A stretch of DNA of 40,787 bases from a phage. Positions 40,314-40,787 of this stretch are shown here, one piece after another; position 1 is the first letter of the stretch; each line of letters opens with the position of its first letter. The notes beneath the pieces are model-generated. The model saw nothing but the letters and a program-made list of their open reading frames with translations. It was not told the DNA's origin and did no database searches. A program made the position numbers and the translations under genes. Location of the stretch: sequence record OZ370879.1; one strand, given 5' to 3'.

Positions 40314-40350
40314 TGGCTGTAAGTATCCTATAGGTTAGACTTTAAGTCAA
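40314..40350 (-). promoter_or_regulatory. E. coli sigma70 early promoter A1
   Basis: Sense strand reads tatcaaaaagagtattgacttaaagtctaacctataggatacttacagccatcgagaggg, the classic T7 A1 promoter. Confidence 0.85.
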
Positions 40351-40401
40351 TACTCTTTTTGATAAATTTTAAATTAATCTTTTAAGTCTCTTTAAGTTGT
40401 C

Positions 40402-40425
40402 TCTCCTTATAGTGAGTTGTATTAA
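40402..40425 (-). promoter_or_regulatory. T7 RNA polymerase promoter phiOL
   Basis: tctccttatagtgagttgtattaa, near-consensus with mismatches. Confidence 0.75.
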
Positions 40426-40439
40426 TAAAGACAATGATT

Positions 40440-40650
40440 AAAGGTTATCACTTTATGGCTAACAACAAGGCGTCTTTAGGTCTGGTCTTTATGTAGTGTC
40501 TTTAGGTCTGGTCTTTAGGTCTGGTCTTTATGTTTAAACTTTAAGATAGGCGTTGACTTGATGGGTCTTTAGGTGTAGGCTTTAGGTGTTGGCTTTAGGA
40601 TGGACGTTAGGAGGTGACTTTAGGAGGATACTTTAGGAGACTGTAACAGA
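40440..40650. repeat. Array of short ctttagg(t/a) repeats inside the left terminal region
   Basis: At least a dozen copies of (g/c)tctttaggt, gctttagg and actttagg within about 200 bp. Confidence 0.6.
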
Positions 40651-40651
40651 T

Positions 40652-40787
40652 AGGGACACAGAGAGACACTCAAGGTAACACCCAAAGACAAACCCAAGGG
40701 TCATCCCCAACCCTTAGGGAACCCTCAAGGTCAACCGAAGGTTGACTTTAGGTGATTGGCTGGGCTTTAGGTACCCCCTATGGGGGA
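40652..40787. repeat. T7 terminal repeat, partial left-end copy
   Basis: 40676..40787 is identical to 1..112; starts agggacacagagagacactcaagg, the reverse complement of the inner end of the recalled T7 terminal redundancy. Confidence 0.9.

Overview
This window is essentially one complete genome of bacteriophage T7 (Escherichia phage T7, Autographiviridae), written as the reverse complement of the usual map, so all phage genes lie on the minus strand. Gene order (0.3 at the high-coordinate end through 19.5 at the low end), protein lengths and signature sequences match canonical T7 gene by gene, as do the 23-bp T7 RNA polymerase promoters, the three early E. coli promoters A1-A3, the terminators TE and Tphi, and the terminal repeat. 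The window starts and ends inside the terminal repeat: 1..112 is identical to 40676..40787, giving a unit length of 40675 bp, roughly 0.9 kb longer than wild-type T7 as I recall it. That excess is accounted for by a single engineered locus (15809..16806) between the major capsid gene 10A and the late terminator Tphi: a short unassigned linker, a pBR322 tetA fragment, a second copy of the phi10 promoter and s10 leader (pET-type, XbaI/RBS/NcoI), and a trimmed EGFP gene. I therefore read this as a laboratory GFP reporter derivative of T7, not a natural undescribed system. I found no CRISPR array, tRNA, integrase or transposase. All assignments are from reading the sequence and recalled T7, pET and GFP knowledge; no database search was run.
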